From: a plasmid
Reading direction: 5' to 3' (one strand)
Length of the DNA: 46,053 nucleotides
Sequence record: NZ_CP037828.1
The notes beneath the pieces are model-generated. The model was given only the letters and a program-made list of their open reading frames with translations, did no database searches and had not been told where the DNA came from. Within the stretch, counting starts at the first letter, position 1; each line of letters begins with the position of its first letter. Shown here in pieces: positions 17,261 to 27,496 of the stretch. A program made the translations under genes and the position numbers.

Positions 17261-20200
17261 ATGAGTTCTAATACAAAAGTCCTACAAGCAATAATAAAAA
17301 TGAGAGATGAAGCAAGTTCAACATTAAAAAGAGTAGCAGCAAATACTAGAGCTCTACATGATTCATCTTCTCAAGCATCAAGAACATTAAATAATGTTCA
17401 AAGTAATTTAAAAAGCGTTGGAACTAGTGCTTTAAAAGCAGGAGGTCTTATCACTGCTGGAGTTGGTGGCGCATTTGCAGCTGCAACTAAAGTTGGAACA
17501 GAATTTGAAAGCGCTATGTCGCAAGTTAAGGCTACATTTGGAAATTCCTTAAAACCAGGAGATTTTGAAGCTCTGTCTAAGGCTGCTAGAGATGCCGGAA
17601 AAGCTACAACTAAAACTGCTGCTGATTCTGCTAATGCACTTCAATACATGGGGCTTGCTGGATGGGATGTTCAAAAGTCAATGCATGCCTTAATGCCAGT
17701 GCTTAATTTATCAGAAGCAGCCTCTATGGATCTTGGTCTAGCATCAGATTTAGTAACTGATAGCATGAGTTCTATGTGCTTAGAAGTTGATAAGGTCAGT
17801 AAAAGTGGAAAAGTATTAGCCGGTGCAGGTTTAAGTGAGTATTTAGATAAAGTTGCAAATGCATCTACTAAATCAAATACAAGTATACAACAGTTGATGG
17901 AAGCGTTTAATGTTGCAGGTGGTACATTTAGCAATTTAAAAGTTCCGCTTTCAGAAGCAACTGCTATCATGGGAATACTTGCAAACAGAGGAGTTAAGGG
18001 TACAGATGCAGGCCATGCTTTAAACTCTATCATGGTAAATCTTACAACAGGTGCAGGCCAAGCAGGTAAGGCAATGAAAAAGCTAGGCGTAAGTGCATTT
18101 GATAATCAAGGTAAATTTAAAGGTATGTCAAATGTACTTAAAGAAGTTGCAAATAAAACAAAAGATATGACTGATAAACAGAAAAATTATTACTTAGCAG
18201 CTATAGGAGGAAAAACTCAATTAAAAACGTTACAAAAGTTACTTGATGGTGTGGGAAATGAATATGATAGTTTAAAGAAAAAAATAGATAATTCAAAAGG
18301 TGCTTTAAAAACAATGTCTGATGTAATGAAGGATAATACTAAGGGTGGACTTGCAACCTTAAAATCAGCCCTTGAAGAAACTGGAATTACTATTTACTAT
18401 CAACTAAAGCCAGCAATAGCATCTGTAGTTGATAATTTAACTAAAATGACTGTTTGGTTTAATAATCTAAGTGAACCAATAAAAAGAGTCATAACTAATG
18501 TAATGCTTTCAGTTGGAGCATTTGGAGTACTTTTATTAACTATAGGGGCTGTGTCTTTAATTGTTTCAAAAGCTATAGGTATATTTGGCTTTTTTGTTCC
18601 AATAATATTAAGAGCAAAAGTTGCTTTCAGAGCTTTTGTAATTGGTATGAAACCATTAAGTGCAGTATTTTTAGCTGTAATGGGTCCTATAGGATGGACT
18701 ATAACAGCTGTAATTGCATTGTCAGTAGCATTTACCATTGCTTATGCTAAATCTGAAGTATTTAGAAATAAGGTTAATTCATTAGTAAAATCATTTACAG
18801 AATTTGCAAAACCTATAGTAAATTTTTGTATGCCTGCACTTAAACAATTAGGGGAAAAATTTAAAGAGTTGTTATCAGCATTTGGTCCACTATTTGCGTC
18901 TATTTTAAACTTAGGAAGTGTAATAATGAAGGTACTAGGACCTGTTTTAATTGGCGTAATAGGTTTTCATATAGCAAAATTAGTTTTGATTTTATCTACT
19001 CTGGCAACTGCCTTTAAAGCTGTAGTTGATACTATAACTAATGTATTAAATGGTCTAGCATCTATTTTAAATGGAGTATTTAATTTAATTATAGGTATTG
19101 TCACAGGCGATAGTAAAAAGATGATGAATGGAGTTAAACAAATATTTGATGGTGGAGTAAAAATTATAAAATCAATTTGGAAAGGTTTCATAGATTTTGT
19201 AACTGCTCCTATACAAGCTATAGCTGATATAGCTGACAGCTTATTTAAAGATAAAGCTAAATGGCTTACAGATAAGTGGAAAGATTTAAGAACATTCTTA
19301 GAAAATCCAATTGAAGCAACTGCCAAAATATCTACTAAAACAAATGTAAACATTCCAGGAAGTAAAGCAGCTGATGCAGCTGGGAAATCTACACCAAATA
19401 CAGGTGGATTAAAACAAACAATAGCAAATCTAAAAGGTTCATTTAGTGATTTTAAAACTTTTATTAAACCTATGACAGATTCTATAAGTCAAGGAGTTGA
19501 ATCTGGAAAAACTAAATTTACAGAACTGCAAAACAAAATATTAAATGATGTTAAACCTGCATTAAAGGTCCTAGAGGATTCTGGAGTAAATTTTAAGGAT
19601 AAGTTTAAGGAGTCAATAACTTCAATAAAGGATAAATTTAATGAATTAAAGAACATATTAGCTGGAAATATTAAAACAAATATAGATAATTTAGTAAAAG
19701 CATTTGAACCTTTAAAACCTCATTTAGATAATTTGAAAGAGTGTTTTGATAAGGTTAAAAAAGCGATTACTGATTTTTTTACTCCAGCCAAACAGGTTGG
19801 AGATACAGTAAACAAAGTAAGCCAACCAATGGATAGTGTTAAAAAGTCTACTGATGGAATTAAACTTTCTTTCCAAAGTTTAACTCAAGCACTTGCTCCT
19901 GTTAAAGCTTGGTTTCAAGGATTTATGCCTTTCCTATCACAAATAGGACAACAACTTTTACCATCTATAGGAATTGCAATAGCTGGTGTTGTTGGCGGAA
20001 TAATTTTAGCATTTACATGGGTTTTAAATACATTAACCGCAATAATAACAACAGTATCTGGAATCATAAATGGAATTATGTCTTTTATATCTGGAATTAT
20101 TAATGTTATTATGGGGCTTATAACAGGAAATGCTGATCAAACTATGGATGGACTTAAACAAATATTTGATAGTGGAGTAGGTGTAATAAAATCAATTTGG

Positions 20201-20650
20201 AATGGCCTTGTTGATCTAGTTAGTGGTGTACTGGAACCTGTAATAGATCTTGCTGACTCATTTTTTAAAGATAAAGTTAAAGGGGTAAAAGAAGCTTGGA
20301 ATAAACTTAAAGATTTCTTTAAACATCCAATTAAGGGAACAATAGAAATATTTAAAAAAGGTCCTAGTTTACAAATTGGAAAAGGTGCAGATGCTGCTGG
20401 CAAAAGTCCAAGAAAAGCATTTGGTATAAATAGAGTTCCTAGAAATGATTATTTAATTAGGGCACATGAAGGAGAGAAACTTTTAACCAAACAAGAAGCC
20501 AATCAATACAAAAGAAATAGTTCAAATGGAAGTTTATTTCTTGATAAATTGGCTGATACAATAATTGTAAGAGAAGAGGCTGACATAGATAAAATTGTAA
20601 GAAAAATAAACAAAAAAATATCTCTTGCAAAAGTTGGAGGCGTTTTGTAA
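17261..20650 (+). CDS. Tail tape measure protein
   Basis: 1129 aa, Ala/Gly-rich, with TM helices in the middle and an internal duplication ('GVKQIFDGGVKIIKSIW...' and 'GLKQIFDSGVGVIKSIW...'). Confidence 0.85.
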   Translation: MSSNTKVLQAIIKMRDEASSTLKRVAANTRALHDSSSQASRTLNNVQSNLKSVGTSALKAGGLITAGVGGAFAAATKVGTEFESAMSQVKATFGNSLKPGDFEALSKAARDAGKATTKTAADSANALQYMGLAGWDVQKSMHALMPVLNLSEAASMDLGLASDLVTDSMSSMCLEVDKVSKSGKVLAGAGLSEYLDKVANASTKSNTSIQQLMEAFNVAGGTFSNLKVPLSEATAIMGILANRGVKGTDAGHALNSIMVNLTTGAGQAGKAMKKLGVSAFDNQGKFKGMSNVLKEVANKTKDMTDKQKNYYLAAIGGKTQLKTLQKLLDGVGNEYDSLKKKIDNSKGALKTMSDVMKDNTKGGLATLKSALEETGITIYYQLKPAIASVVDNLTKMTVWFNNLSEPIKRVITNVMLSVGAFGVLLLTIGAVSLIVSKAIGIFGFFVPIILRAKVAFRAFVIGMKPLSAVFLAVMGPIGWTITAVIALSVAFTIAYAKSEVFRNKVNSLVKSFTEFAKPIVNFCMPALKQLGEKFKELLSAFGPLFASILNLGSVIMKVLGPVLIGVIGFHIAKLVLILSTLATAFKAVVDTITNVLNGLASILNGVFNLIIGIVTGDSKKMMNGVKQIFDGGVKIIKSIWKGFIDFVTAPIQAIADIADSLFKDKAKWLTDKWKDLRTFLENPIEATAKISTKTNVNIPGSKAADAAGKSTPNTGGLKQTIANLKGSFSDFKTFIKPMTDSISQGVESGKTKFTELQNKILNDVKPALKVLEDSGVNFKDKFKESITSIKDKFNELKNILAGNIKTNIDNLVKAFEPLKPHLDNLKECFDKVKKAITDFFTPAKQVGDTVNKVSQPMDSVKKSTDGIKLSFQSLTQALAPVKAWFQGFMPFLSQIGQQLLPSIGIAIAGVVGGIILAFTWVLNTLTAIITTVSGIINGIMSFISGIINVIMGLITGNADQTMDGLKQIFDSGVGVIKSIWNGLVDLVSGVLEPVIDLADSFFKDKVKGVKEAWNKLKDFFKHPIKGTIEIFKKGPSLQIGKGADAAGKSPRKAFGINRVPRNDYLIRAHEGEKLLTKQEANQYKRNSSNGSLFLDKLADTIIVREEADIDKIVRKINKKISLAKVGGVL

Positions 20651-20696
20651 ATTATCGTGCTATAATTGTAGTATATAATTTACAGGGGGTTATGTT

Positions 20697-21173
20697 ATGA
20701 ATAAAAAAATACCAGCATTAGCAATATTAATTGTATTATCTTTAAGTTTAGTTGGATGCAGCACAAATGATTCAAAAAATGGAGATAGTAAACCTAAGCA
20801 AAATACAGAGGAAATTAAAAATCATAAAATAGGCGAAGTTGTTGATTTGGACGGAGCAAAGGTATCTGTTAAAAATGTTAGAAAACTAGAATCAGATAGT
20901 AATGTATATGCAGTTGAGATTGAAATCACCAATACAGGAGATACAGATCTTGAAAGTGATTTCCTTCAAAACTACATACTAAAAACGGATGATAATACAG
21001 TTGGAAATGCAATAAATAATCAAGAATTAAATGGAGAATTACTATTTGACACAATACATCCAGGAGATACATTAAAAGGTGAGATAGCATTTGAACTTAC
21101 AAAAGATACAAAGCCAAAAACAATTGAAATTGCTTATGAAAATGTAGGAAAATATACAGTATTTGATTTATAA
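20697..21173 (+). CDS. Lipoprotein moron
   Basis: Lipobox 'LSLVGC' after a signal peptide. Has its own extended -10 promoter (TGCTATAAT at 20658) and its own terminator. Confidence 0.6.
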   Translation: MNKKIPALAILIVLSLSLVGCSTNDSKNGDSKPKQNTEEIKNHKIGEVVDLDGAKVSVKNVRKLESDSNVYAVEIEITNTGDTDLESDFLQNYILKTDDNTVGNAINNQELNGELLFDTIHPGDTLKGEIAFELTKDTKPKTIEIAYENVGKYTVFDL

Positions 21174-21184
21174 TAATTATCTTA

Positions 21185-21218
21185 AAAGACACTTATTGAA
21201 ATAAGTGTCTTTTATTTT
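21185..21218 (+). terminator. Rho-independent terminator after the lipoprotein gene
   Basis: 12-bp perfect stem AAAGACACTTAT/ATAAGTGTCTTT, a TGAA loop and a T-run. Confidence 0.7.
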
Positions 21219-21230
21219 AGGAGGAGTTTA

Positions 21231-21866
21231 ATGGAAATATGGTTAAGACAAGCAAATAATACATTTAGGTTTCCTGTTATTCCACCCTCTTTTGAGATAA
21301 ATGGAAGTGCAACAATAAATACATCTAATATTTTAAGTGTTGGAGATATTGCAGTATTTGGAGGGTTAGGGCTTAAAACTATAGAACTATCCTCTTTTTT
21401 CCCTAATCAAGAATATAGTTTCTGTAATTATAATGGATTTCCAAAACCATATGATTGTGTAAATTTAATAGAAAGTTGGATGAAAGAAGGATATATATTA
21501 AGATTTATCATTACAGAAACTAATATAAACTTTGAATGTATAATTGCAGATTTTAATTATAGAGAACAAGATTATTCAAGAGATGTTTATTTTACCTTAA
21601 GTCTAAAAGAATATAGGAGGATACAAATATCCAAAGTAAACATTAATAATGATGAAAAATTATCTTCTGAAAAGGATGTTCCACTAACAAAAGGATTTGA
21701 TACTAAGCAAAAAACACATAAGGTTGTTGAAGGAGATACCCTTTTTAAGATAGCAAAAAAATATTATGGCAATGGAGATTTGTGGGAGAAGATTTATAAA
21801 GCAAATGAAGATAAGATTAAAGATCCATCTGTAATAAAAAATGGTTGGATATTAATAATTCCTTAA
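21231..21866 (+). CDS. LysM-domain tail protein (XkdP-like)
   Basis: C-terminal LysM 'HKVVEGDTLFKIAKKYYGNGDLWEKIYKAN'. Confidence 0.6.
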   Translation: MEIWLRQANNTFRFPVIPPSFEINGSATINTSNILSVGDIAVFGGLGLKTIELSSFFPNQEYSFCNYNGFPKPYDCVNLIESWMKEGYILRFIITETNINFECIIADFNYREQDYSRDVYFTLSLKEYRRIQISKVNINNDEKLSSEKDVPLTKGFDTKQKTHKVVEGDTLFKIAKKYYGNGDLWEKIYKANEDKIKDPSVIKNGWILIIP

Positions 21867-21946
21867 AATGGTGGTGATTTATAATTAATAAAATCAAAAT
21901 ACAAGTTCATATAAAAAACGGAAATATATATAATGTAACTGATTTA

Positions 21947-23623
21947 GTGGATAAGTGTACTTGGTCTGGTGATTATAGATCACCATCAAGAACTTTAGAA
22001 TTTTCTATAATTCAATCTGCAAGTGATATTAATTTTAGGCAGATAGATATTCCAGTAGCAAGTACAGTTTGTTTCTATGTTGATGATAAAGAACTTTTTA
22101 GAGGAATGATAATAGATAGATCTAAAGACTCTAGCAATAATAATATAGATTTTACAGCTAAAGATATGGGCTTTTTACTTTTACAAAGCGAAGTGTCATA
22201 CAATTTTAAAGATAAATTAGTTGAAGATATTGCAAAGCAGGTTTTTGTAGATAATAAATTCCCACTAGGTAATTTACCTAAAACTAACGTTAAATATACA
22301 AAAATGTTTATTGGTGTAACTGGCTATGATACTATAATGAGCGTTTATACAGAAGCAAGCAAGACAACTAAAAAAAAGTATATGATAGAGTCTAATCTTG
22401 ATAAATTTAATGTTATTGAGAAGGGTGTAGTTACTTTAAATATAACATTTGAAGAAGGCTTTAATCTTATCAATACAAATTTTTCTGAAAGCATGGAGAA
22501 TGTAAAAAATAAAGTACTAGTTGTTGATCAGTATGGTAATAAAATTAGTGAGAAAATAAATGACTCTATATTTAAAGACGTTGGGGTAATTATGCAAAAG
22601 GTAATACAACAACAAGAAAACAGTACTATAGACATAGATGGAGAGTTTAAAGGAATCGAAAAAACTTGCTCTTTAAAAGGATATGGTGATATAACTTGTG
22701 TAACTGGTAGAGGTGTAAAAGTAAAAGACTCATATACAAAATTAATAGGTCTTTTTTATATAGATACAGATAAGCATACATGGCAAAATGGAGATTATCA
22801 AATTGAACTAGAGCTTAATTTTGAGAATATAATGGATGAAAAATCTGCTGGTCAAGATGAACAAAAAGAAGATGGTTCAGAGTATACTGGAGGAACAGAA
22901 TACTCTGCTGAATTTACTGCTTATTGTCCTAGAAAATCTGAGGGTGGAGATAAAGATTGTAGAGGTAAAAAACTAGATCCTTCTAAAAAAACATGTGCTG
23001 CTCCTATGGTTGGAACATATGAAAAATCTTACTATACAAAAGATTTCTTAAACAAACATCCTCTTATGAGATATGGAGATGAAATACAATTGGTTACAGG
23101 TGTTTCAAGTCGAGATGGAACGTATAAGGTAAATGATAATGGGCCTGCAATAATTATAGAAAAGGATGGAACATATCATATAGATATTTTATTTGGAAAT
23201 GTTGAAGAAGCCAATAACTTTGGAAGAAGAAAAGGGAAGATTATAATTGGTGGTTATTCTGGAAACGTGACAGAAAAAGCAAAAACAGTAATTTCAGAAG
23301 CAAGAAAACATCTTGGAAAGCCATACAAATGGGGTGGGAATGGACCAAGTAGCTTTGATTGTTCTGGACTAATGGTATATTGCTTTAAGAAGGTTAATGT
23401 TAATTTACCAAGAACCTCAAGTCAGCAATCTAAGGTAGGTAAGAAAGTAGAGAAAAATAATTTACAGGCAGGAGATTTGGTATTTTTCCATAATCCAGTC
23501 AGCCATGTTGGACTATATGTAGGTAATGGAGAATTTTTACATGCGCCACAAACAGGAGATGTAGTCAAAATAAGTAAATTAAGTAATAGAAAAGATTTTA
23601 ATACAGCTAGAAGAGTTTTGTAA
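21947..23623 (+). CDS. Tail-associated cell-wall hydrolase with a 3D-like domain and a C-terminal NlpC/P60 domain (XkdQ-like); the coding sequence appears to extend upstream to about 21868-21881
   Basis: 3D-like 'EFTAYCP'. NlpC/P60 'YKWGGNGPSSFDCSGL...HVGLYVGNGEFLHAP' (Cys/His). The in-frame upstream 22 codons are open and look protein-like. Confidence 0.65.
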   Translation: MDKCTWSGDYRSPSRTLEFSIIQSASDINFRQIDIPVASTVCFYVDDKELFRGMIIDRSKDSSNNNIDFTAKDMGFLLLQSEVSYNFKDKLVEDIAKQVFVDNKFPLGNLPKTNVKYTKMFIGVTGYDTIMSVYTEASKTTKKKYMIESNLDKFNVIEKGVVTLNITFEEGFNLINTNFSESMENVKNKVLVVDQYGNKISEKINDSIFKDVGVIMQKVIQQQENSTIDIDGEFKGIEKTCSLKGYGDITCVTGRGVKVKDSYTKLIGLFYIDTDKHTWQNGDYQIELELNFENIMDEKSAGQDEQKEDGSEYTGGTEYSAEFTAYCPRKSEGGDKDCRGKKLDPSKKTCAAPMVGTYEKSYYTKDFLNKHPLMRYGDEIQLVTGVSSRDGTYKVNDNGPAIIIEKDGTYHIDILFGNVEEANNFGRRKGKIIIGGYSGNVTEKAKTVISEARKHLGKPYKWGGNGPSSFDCSGLMVYCFKKVNVNLPRTSSQQSKVGKKVEKNNLQAGDLVFFHNPVSHVGLYVGNGEFLHAPQTGDVVKISKLSNRKDFNTARRVL

Positions 23624-23636
23624 AAGAGGTGATATC

Positions 23637-23969
23637 GTGGCAGATCCAATCAATGAATTTATAGGAATAATGAGACAAGAAGGTAAATTTCATAATGAAC
23701 CTTCTTTTTTTATTGGAAAAATTAAAAGTAAATTACCAGATTTAAAAATAGAGATAAATAACATCATATTAGAAAAAGAAGATATCTTGATAGACAGTTG
23801 GATGCTTGATAGACAGATAGAGTTATTTGATACAGAAACAAGTCAAGAACATAAACATGAAATAAAAAATCCCTTTATAGATACTTTTGAATCTGGAGAC
23901 ACAGTAATAATGTTTAAAATAGGTGAAAAATTTGCTGTTGTAAGTAAATTGGTGAGTCTAGATGAATAA
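23637..23969 (+). CDS. Baseplate assembly protein (XkdR-like), hypothetical
   Basis: Assigned by position only. Confidence 0.3.
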   Translation: MADPINEFIGIMRQEGKFHNEPSFFIGKIKSKLPDLKIEINNIILEKEDILIDSWMLDRQIELFDTETSQEHKHEIKNPFIDTFESGDTVIMFKIGEKFAVVSKLVSLDE

Positions 23970-24396
23970 TACTATATTCCCTTTCATGGGTGTTCCAGAA
24001 GATTATATTTCTCCAACCAATGAAGAATTACCTATTTTTAAAGAATTTGCTTGGGATTTTAATAAAGATGAAAAGATAATTGAAAATGGAGACTTTAAAA
24101 TAGTTGAAAGAAATGAAGCAATTAAAGTATGGATTTACAAAACAATAAAAACAGATAAGTATGTTCATTTAATATATGATTGGGATTATGGAACAGATAT
24201 AAAAAATCTAATAGGGCAAAAGTATACTAAAGGTCTTACTGAAAGTGAGGCAAAAAGGTATATACAAGAAACCCTATTAACTAATCCATATATATTAGAA
24301 GTCAATGTAACAAATACAAAATTTAAAGATGATAATTTATCTATAAGTTTAAATGTAAAAACAATTTATGGAGAGGAGGAGATTACTTTTGCATAA
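23962..24396 (+). CDS. Baseplate protein (XkdS-like), hypothetical
   Basis: Assigned by position only. Confidence 0.3.
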   Translation: MNNTIFPFMGVPEDYISPTNEELPIFKEFAWDFNKDEKIIENGDFKIVERNEAIKVWIYKTIKTDKYVHLIYDWDYGTDIKNLIGQKYTKGLTESEAKRYIQETLLTNPYILEVNVTNTKFKDDNLSISLNVKTIYGEEEITFA

Positions 24397-25441
24397 TGGT
24401 CAATCATTTAGTGTCTTAAATAATAGAACTTTAAATAACATAAATCTACCTCTTTATAAAGGTCAAGGATCTTCTCTTTATAATATAGTCTCTCCAATAA
24501 ATTCAGAACTTGCACAGTTATATATAGAACTTTCTTATATACATAAGAGAGTTTTTATTCAAGATAATTTTGATGATTTTCTTGATAGAAGAGTTAATGA
24601 ATTTGGAGTATACAGAAAGTTAGGCACAGAGGCAATAGGTGAGGTAATATTTGAGGGAAAAATAGGAACTAAAATACCAAATGGAACAATAATATCTTAT
24701 AGTGATTTATTATTTGTAGTTATTAAAGATATTACGATAGATGAAGATAGTAAGTTAAATGTAAGTCCTATACAGGCTTTAGAGGTTGGTATTAAGTATA
24801 ATTTATCAGCTAAGACAGAATTTAAACTTATAGAAGAAATAAATGGAGTAACTAAAATTTATAATGAACTAGACATAAAGGGTGGAACAGAAATAGAAAC
24901 TGATGAAGAATTAAAAGAGAGGTTCTATAAAATACAAAAAAATCAAGCAACAAGCGGGAATAAAGCACATTATCAGTCTTGGGCCTTAGAGGTTGAAGGT
25001 GTTTATAATGCAAAAGTAATTCCTCGCTGGGATGGACCAGGTACAATTAAAATCCTAATTTATGGTCAAAACAATCAATCAGTTGACAATGAAGTATTAC
25101 AAAGATGCACTGAACATATAGAAGAGGAAAAACCTATTGGTCCTACTATTACAATTGTTACACCAAGTACTTTTGATATTACCATTAGTGCAACTTTAAC
25201 ACTTGAAAATGGATATGATATTGAATCTATAAAGGTTATGTTTTTGGATATTATAAATTCTTATTTAATAGAAAATTCAAAAGAGATTATTTATATAAAA
25301 ATAATGAGTTTGTTAGCAAGCATAGAAGGTGTTCACGATATAAAAAATCTCCTTGTAAATGATGATGTTAAAAACATAATAGTTGATGAAGAAAAAGTTC
25401 CTGCTGTTTCAAGTGCTATATTTGATATCGAGGTGAGTTAA
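24368..25441 (+). CDS. Baseplate J-like protein (XkdT-like)
   Basis: 357 aa, in the expected position within the baseplate module. Confidence 0.5.
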   Translation: MERRRLLLHNGQSFSVLNNRTLNNINLPLYKGQGSSLYNIVSPINSELAQLYIELSYIHKRVFIQDNFDDFLDRRVNEFGVYRKLGTEAIGEVIFEGKIGTKIPNGTIISYSDLLFVVIKDITIDEDSKLNVSPIQALEVGIKYNLSAKTEFKLIEEINGVTKIYNELDIKGGTEIETDEELKERFYKIQKNQATSGNKAHYQSWALEVEGVYNAKVIPRWDGPGTIKILIYGQNNQSVDNEVLQRCTEHIEEEKPIGPTITIVTPSTFDITISATLTLENGYDIESIKVMFLDIINSYLIENSKEIIYIKIMSLLASIEGVHDIKNLLVNDDVKNIIVDEEKVPAVSSAIFDIEVS

Positions 25442-25442
25442 A

Positions 25443-26060
25443 TTGAAGTTAATTGATTACCTGCCAAGTTTTGCAAATAATGAAATTGACATACAAATCC
25501 AGGAAGCACTTGAAAATGAACTTCTAACATTAATTGACGAAAAAGATGATTTATTAGATCAGTTTTTTATAGATACAGCAACTTGGGGGCTTGATGATTG
25601 GGAAAGTCTCTTAGATATAAAAATAAATTATAAGTTGGATTTTGATACTAGAAGAAGTAATATAAAAGCTAAATTAAGAGGCAAGGGCACAACTACAATA
25701 GAAGTTATAAAAGCTATATCAGAAGCTTATACAAAGACTAATGTTGATGTAAAAGTGTTCAGTAATCTATTTAGTTTTACACTTAGTTTTTTAACAAATG
25801 ATTGTAGTTATAACACTATTTTAGAGTTAGATAAGAAAATAGAGGAAATAAAACCTTGTCATTTAGAGCATAAATTTGAAATGATTTTATTCAATAAAAA
25901 TAACATGTTTACAGGTTCTACAATGAATACAGGTGAAACAGTTACTATATATCCTTACAGTACAACTGATATAACTTCTTTTGGAGAATTGACTATAACT
26001 ACAGGTAATGACAGAAGTATGGAAAAAGTAACATTATATCCTAGACAGGAGGTGGTATAG
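25443..26060 (+). CDS. Tail protein (XkdU-like), hypothetical
   Basis: Assigned by position only. Confidence 0.3.
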   Translation: MKLIDYLPSFANNEIDIQIQEALENELLTLIDEKDDLLDQFFIDTATWGLDDWESLLDIKINYKLDFDTRRSNIKAKLRGKGTTTIEVIKAISEAYTKTNVDVKVFSNLFSFTLSFLTNDCSYNTILELDKKIEEIKPCHLEHKFEMILFNKNNMFTGSTMNTGETVTIYPYSTTDITSFGELTITTGNDRSMEKVTLYPRQEVV

Positions 26061-26061
26061 G

Positions 26062-26886
26062 TTGGCAGAACAAAAATATTATACACTTTTGACAACGATA
26101 GGAAAAGCATCTATTGCAAATGCAACAGCTTTAGGCAATAAAGTAGATTTAGTTAAATTACAGCTTGGCGACGGAGCAGGGGCAGAATATAATCCAACAG
26201 AAGAACAAACTTCTCTAAAAAACGTAGTTTGGGAAGGTTCTATAAATAATGTAAAGATAGACGAAGAAAATCCAAACTGGATAGTAATAGAAACTGTAAT
26301 CCCGGGTAGTGTGGGTGGCTTTATGATAAGAGAAGTAGGGATATTTGATTCAAAAGAACAACTAATTGCAGTATCTAAATATCCAGAAACGTACAAACCA
26401 ACAGCTGACAGCGGAAGTGTAAAAGACTTAGTTATAAAAATTATTTTAGTAGTCTCTAATACTTCAAGTGTAAATTTGAAAGTAGACCCAACTGTTATTT
26501 TAGCAACACTTAAAGACATACAAGATTTAGACTCTAAAATTGATACAACTAAAACAGAATTAACAAGCAACATAGAAACTGCTAAAACAGAGTTGAATAC
26601 AAAAATAGGAGATACAACACAACTTACTACAACAGATAAAACAAATATAGTTAATGCATTAAATGAGGTAAAAACTAGTGTAGATAGCATAGAAACAACA
26701 GCAGAGAAAACAAGTATAAAAGATATAGATAACTTATTTGAAAGCGACAATGTAGAGGGAGCATTAAATCAATTAGCAATAAATTATAATATATTATTGG
26801 AAAAACAGGATAATTTAGAAACAGAAGTGAATGGACAGAGAATAAAAGGAATTTCAATAGCAAATAGTTTGATAGACATGATATAA
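26062..26886 (+). CDS. Tail fibre protein (tail-collar fibre N-terminal domain)
   Basis: N-terminus 'KYYTLLTTIGKASIANATALGNKVDLVKLQLGDGAG' resembles the tail-collar fibre N-terminal domain. C-terminal T-rich repeats. Confidence 0.55.
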   Translation: MAEQKYYTLLTTIGKASIANATALGNKVDLVKLQLGDGAGAEYNPTEEQTSLKNVVWEGSINNVKIDEENPNWIVIETVIPGSVGGFMIREVGIFDSKEQLIAVSKYPETYKPTADSGSVKDLVIKIILVVSNTSSVNLKVDPTVILATLKDIQDLDSKIDTTKTELTSNIETAKTELNTKIGDTTQLTTTDKTNIVNALNEVKTSVDSIETTAEKTSIKDIDNLFESDNVEGALNQLAINYNILLEKQDNLETEVNGQRIKGISIANSLIDMI

Positions 26887-26899
26887 GAGAGGTGAGAAT

Positions 26900-27496
26900 A
26901 TGACAGAAAAGTTGACTGATAATGCTAGTTTAAGAGAACTTATGATAGCATTTGAAAGTGCAAAAAATGATTTGCAGATAGATAAAAATAATATAGCCAG
27001 TACATTGGGAAGTCCATTTTTAGGAACAGATAAATTAGATACAACTAAAACAAAAACACAAACATTAAAAAATACACTTGCAAGTAATATAACTAATAAA
27101 GGTATTGTAACAAACAGTACAGAAAGTTTGCAAGATATGATAAGTAAAGTTAGCAGTATAAAAGATTTAAGACAAGCAAGTGGTACAGCTAGTGCATTTA
27201 AAGGCAGATTTTATGATGATTATTACTACCTATGGAGTGTAAATTTACCACAATTAAATTTTGTGCCACTTGTTGTTTTTGTCTATGCTGACTATAGACG
27301 GCTTTCGATTTGGGTTAAAAGTCCTTTTTCTAAATATATTTTTTATGGTAAAAAAGATAATGTAAAAACAGAGTTAAAAGATTTTTATATAAAAGAGTTA
27401 GACGATGGAATTTCTACAGAGACAGTTATACATCTCTATGGGGCTTCAGGAGACACTTATGAAGTACAATGGTTAGCAATAGGTCAGGAGGCTTAA
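26900..27496 (+). CDS. Tail fibre-associated hypothetical protein
   Basis: Assigned by position only. Confidence 0.3.
   Translation: MTEKLTDNASLRELMIAFESAKNDLQIDKNNIASTLGSPFLGTDKLDTTKTKTQTLKNTLASNITNKGIVTNSTESLQDMISKVSSIKDLRQASGTASAFKGRFYDDYYYLWSVNLPQLNFVPLVVFVYADYRRLSIWVKSPFSKYIFYGKKDNVKTELKDFYIKELDDGISTETVIHLYGASGDTYEVQWLAIGQEA

Noticed and set aside
17671-20403. Several 60-130-aa ORFs on the - strand (17671..18033, 18400..18738, 18967..19353, 20137..20403) and one in an alternate + frame (19909..20103), all inside the tape measure gene
   Set aside because: They lie antisense to or out of frame with a high-confidence 1129-aa gene, have low-complexity composition and lack RBSs, so they are spurious.
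26079-26863. 223-aa and 62-aa - strand ORFs inside the tail fibre gene
   Set aside because: They are the antisense of the T/S-rich tail fibre repeats, which is a typical artefactual open frame.
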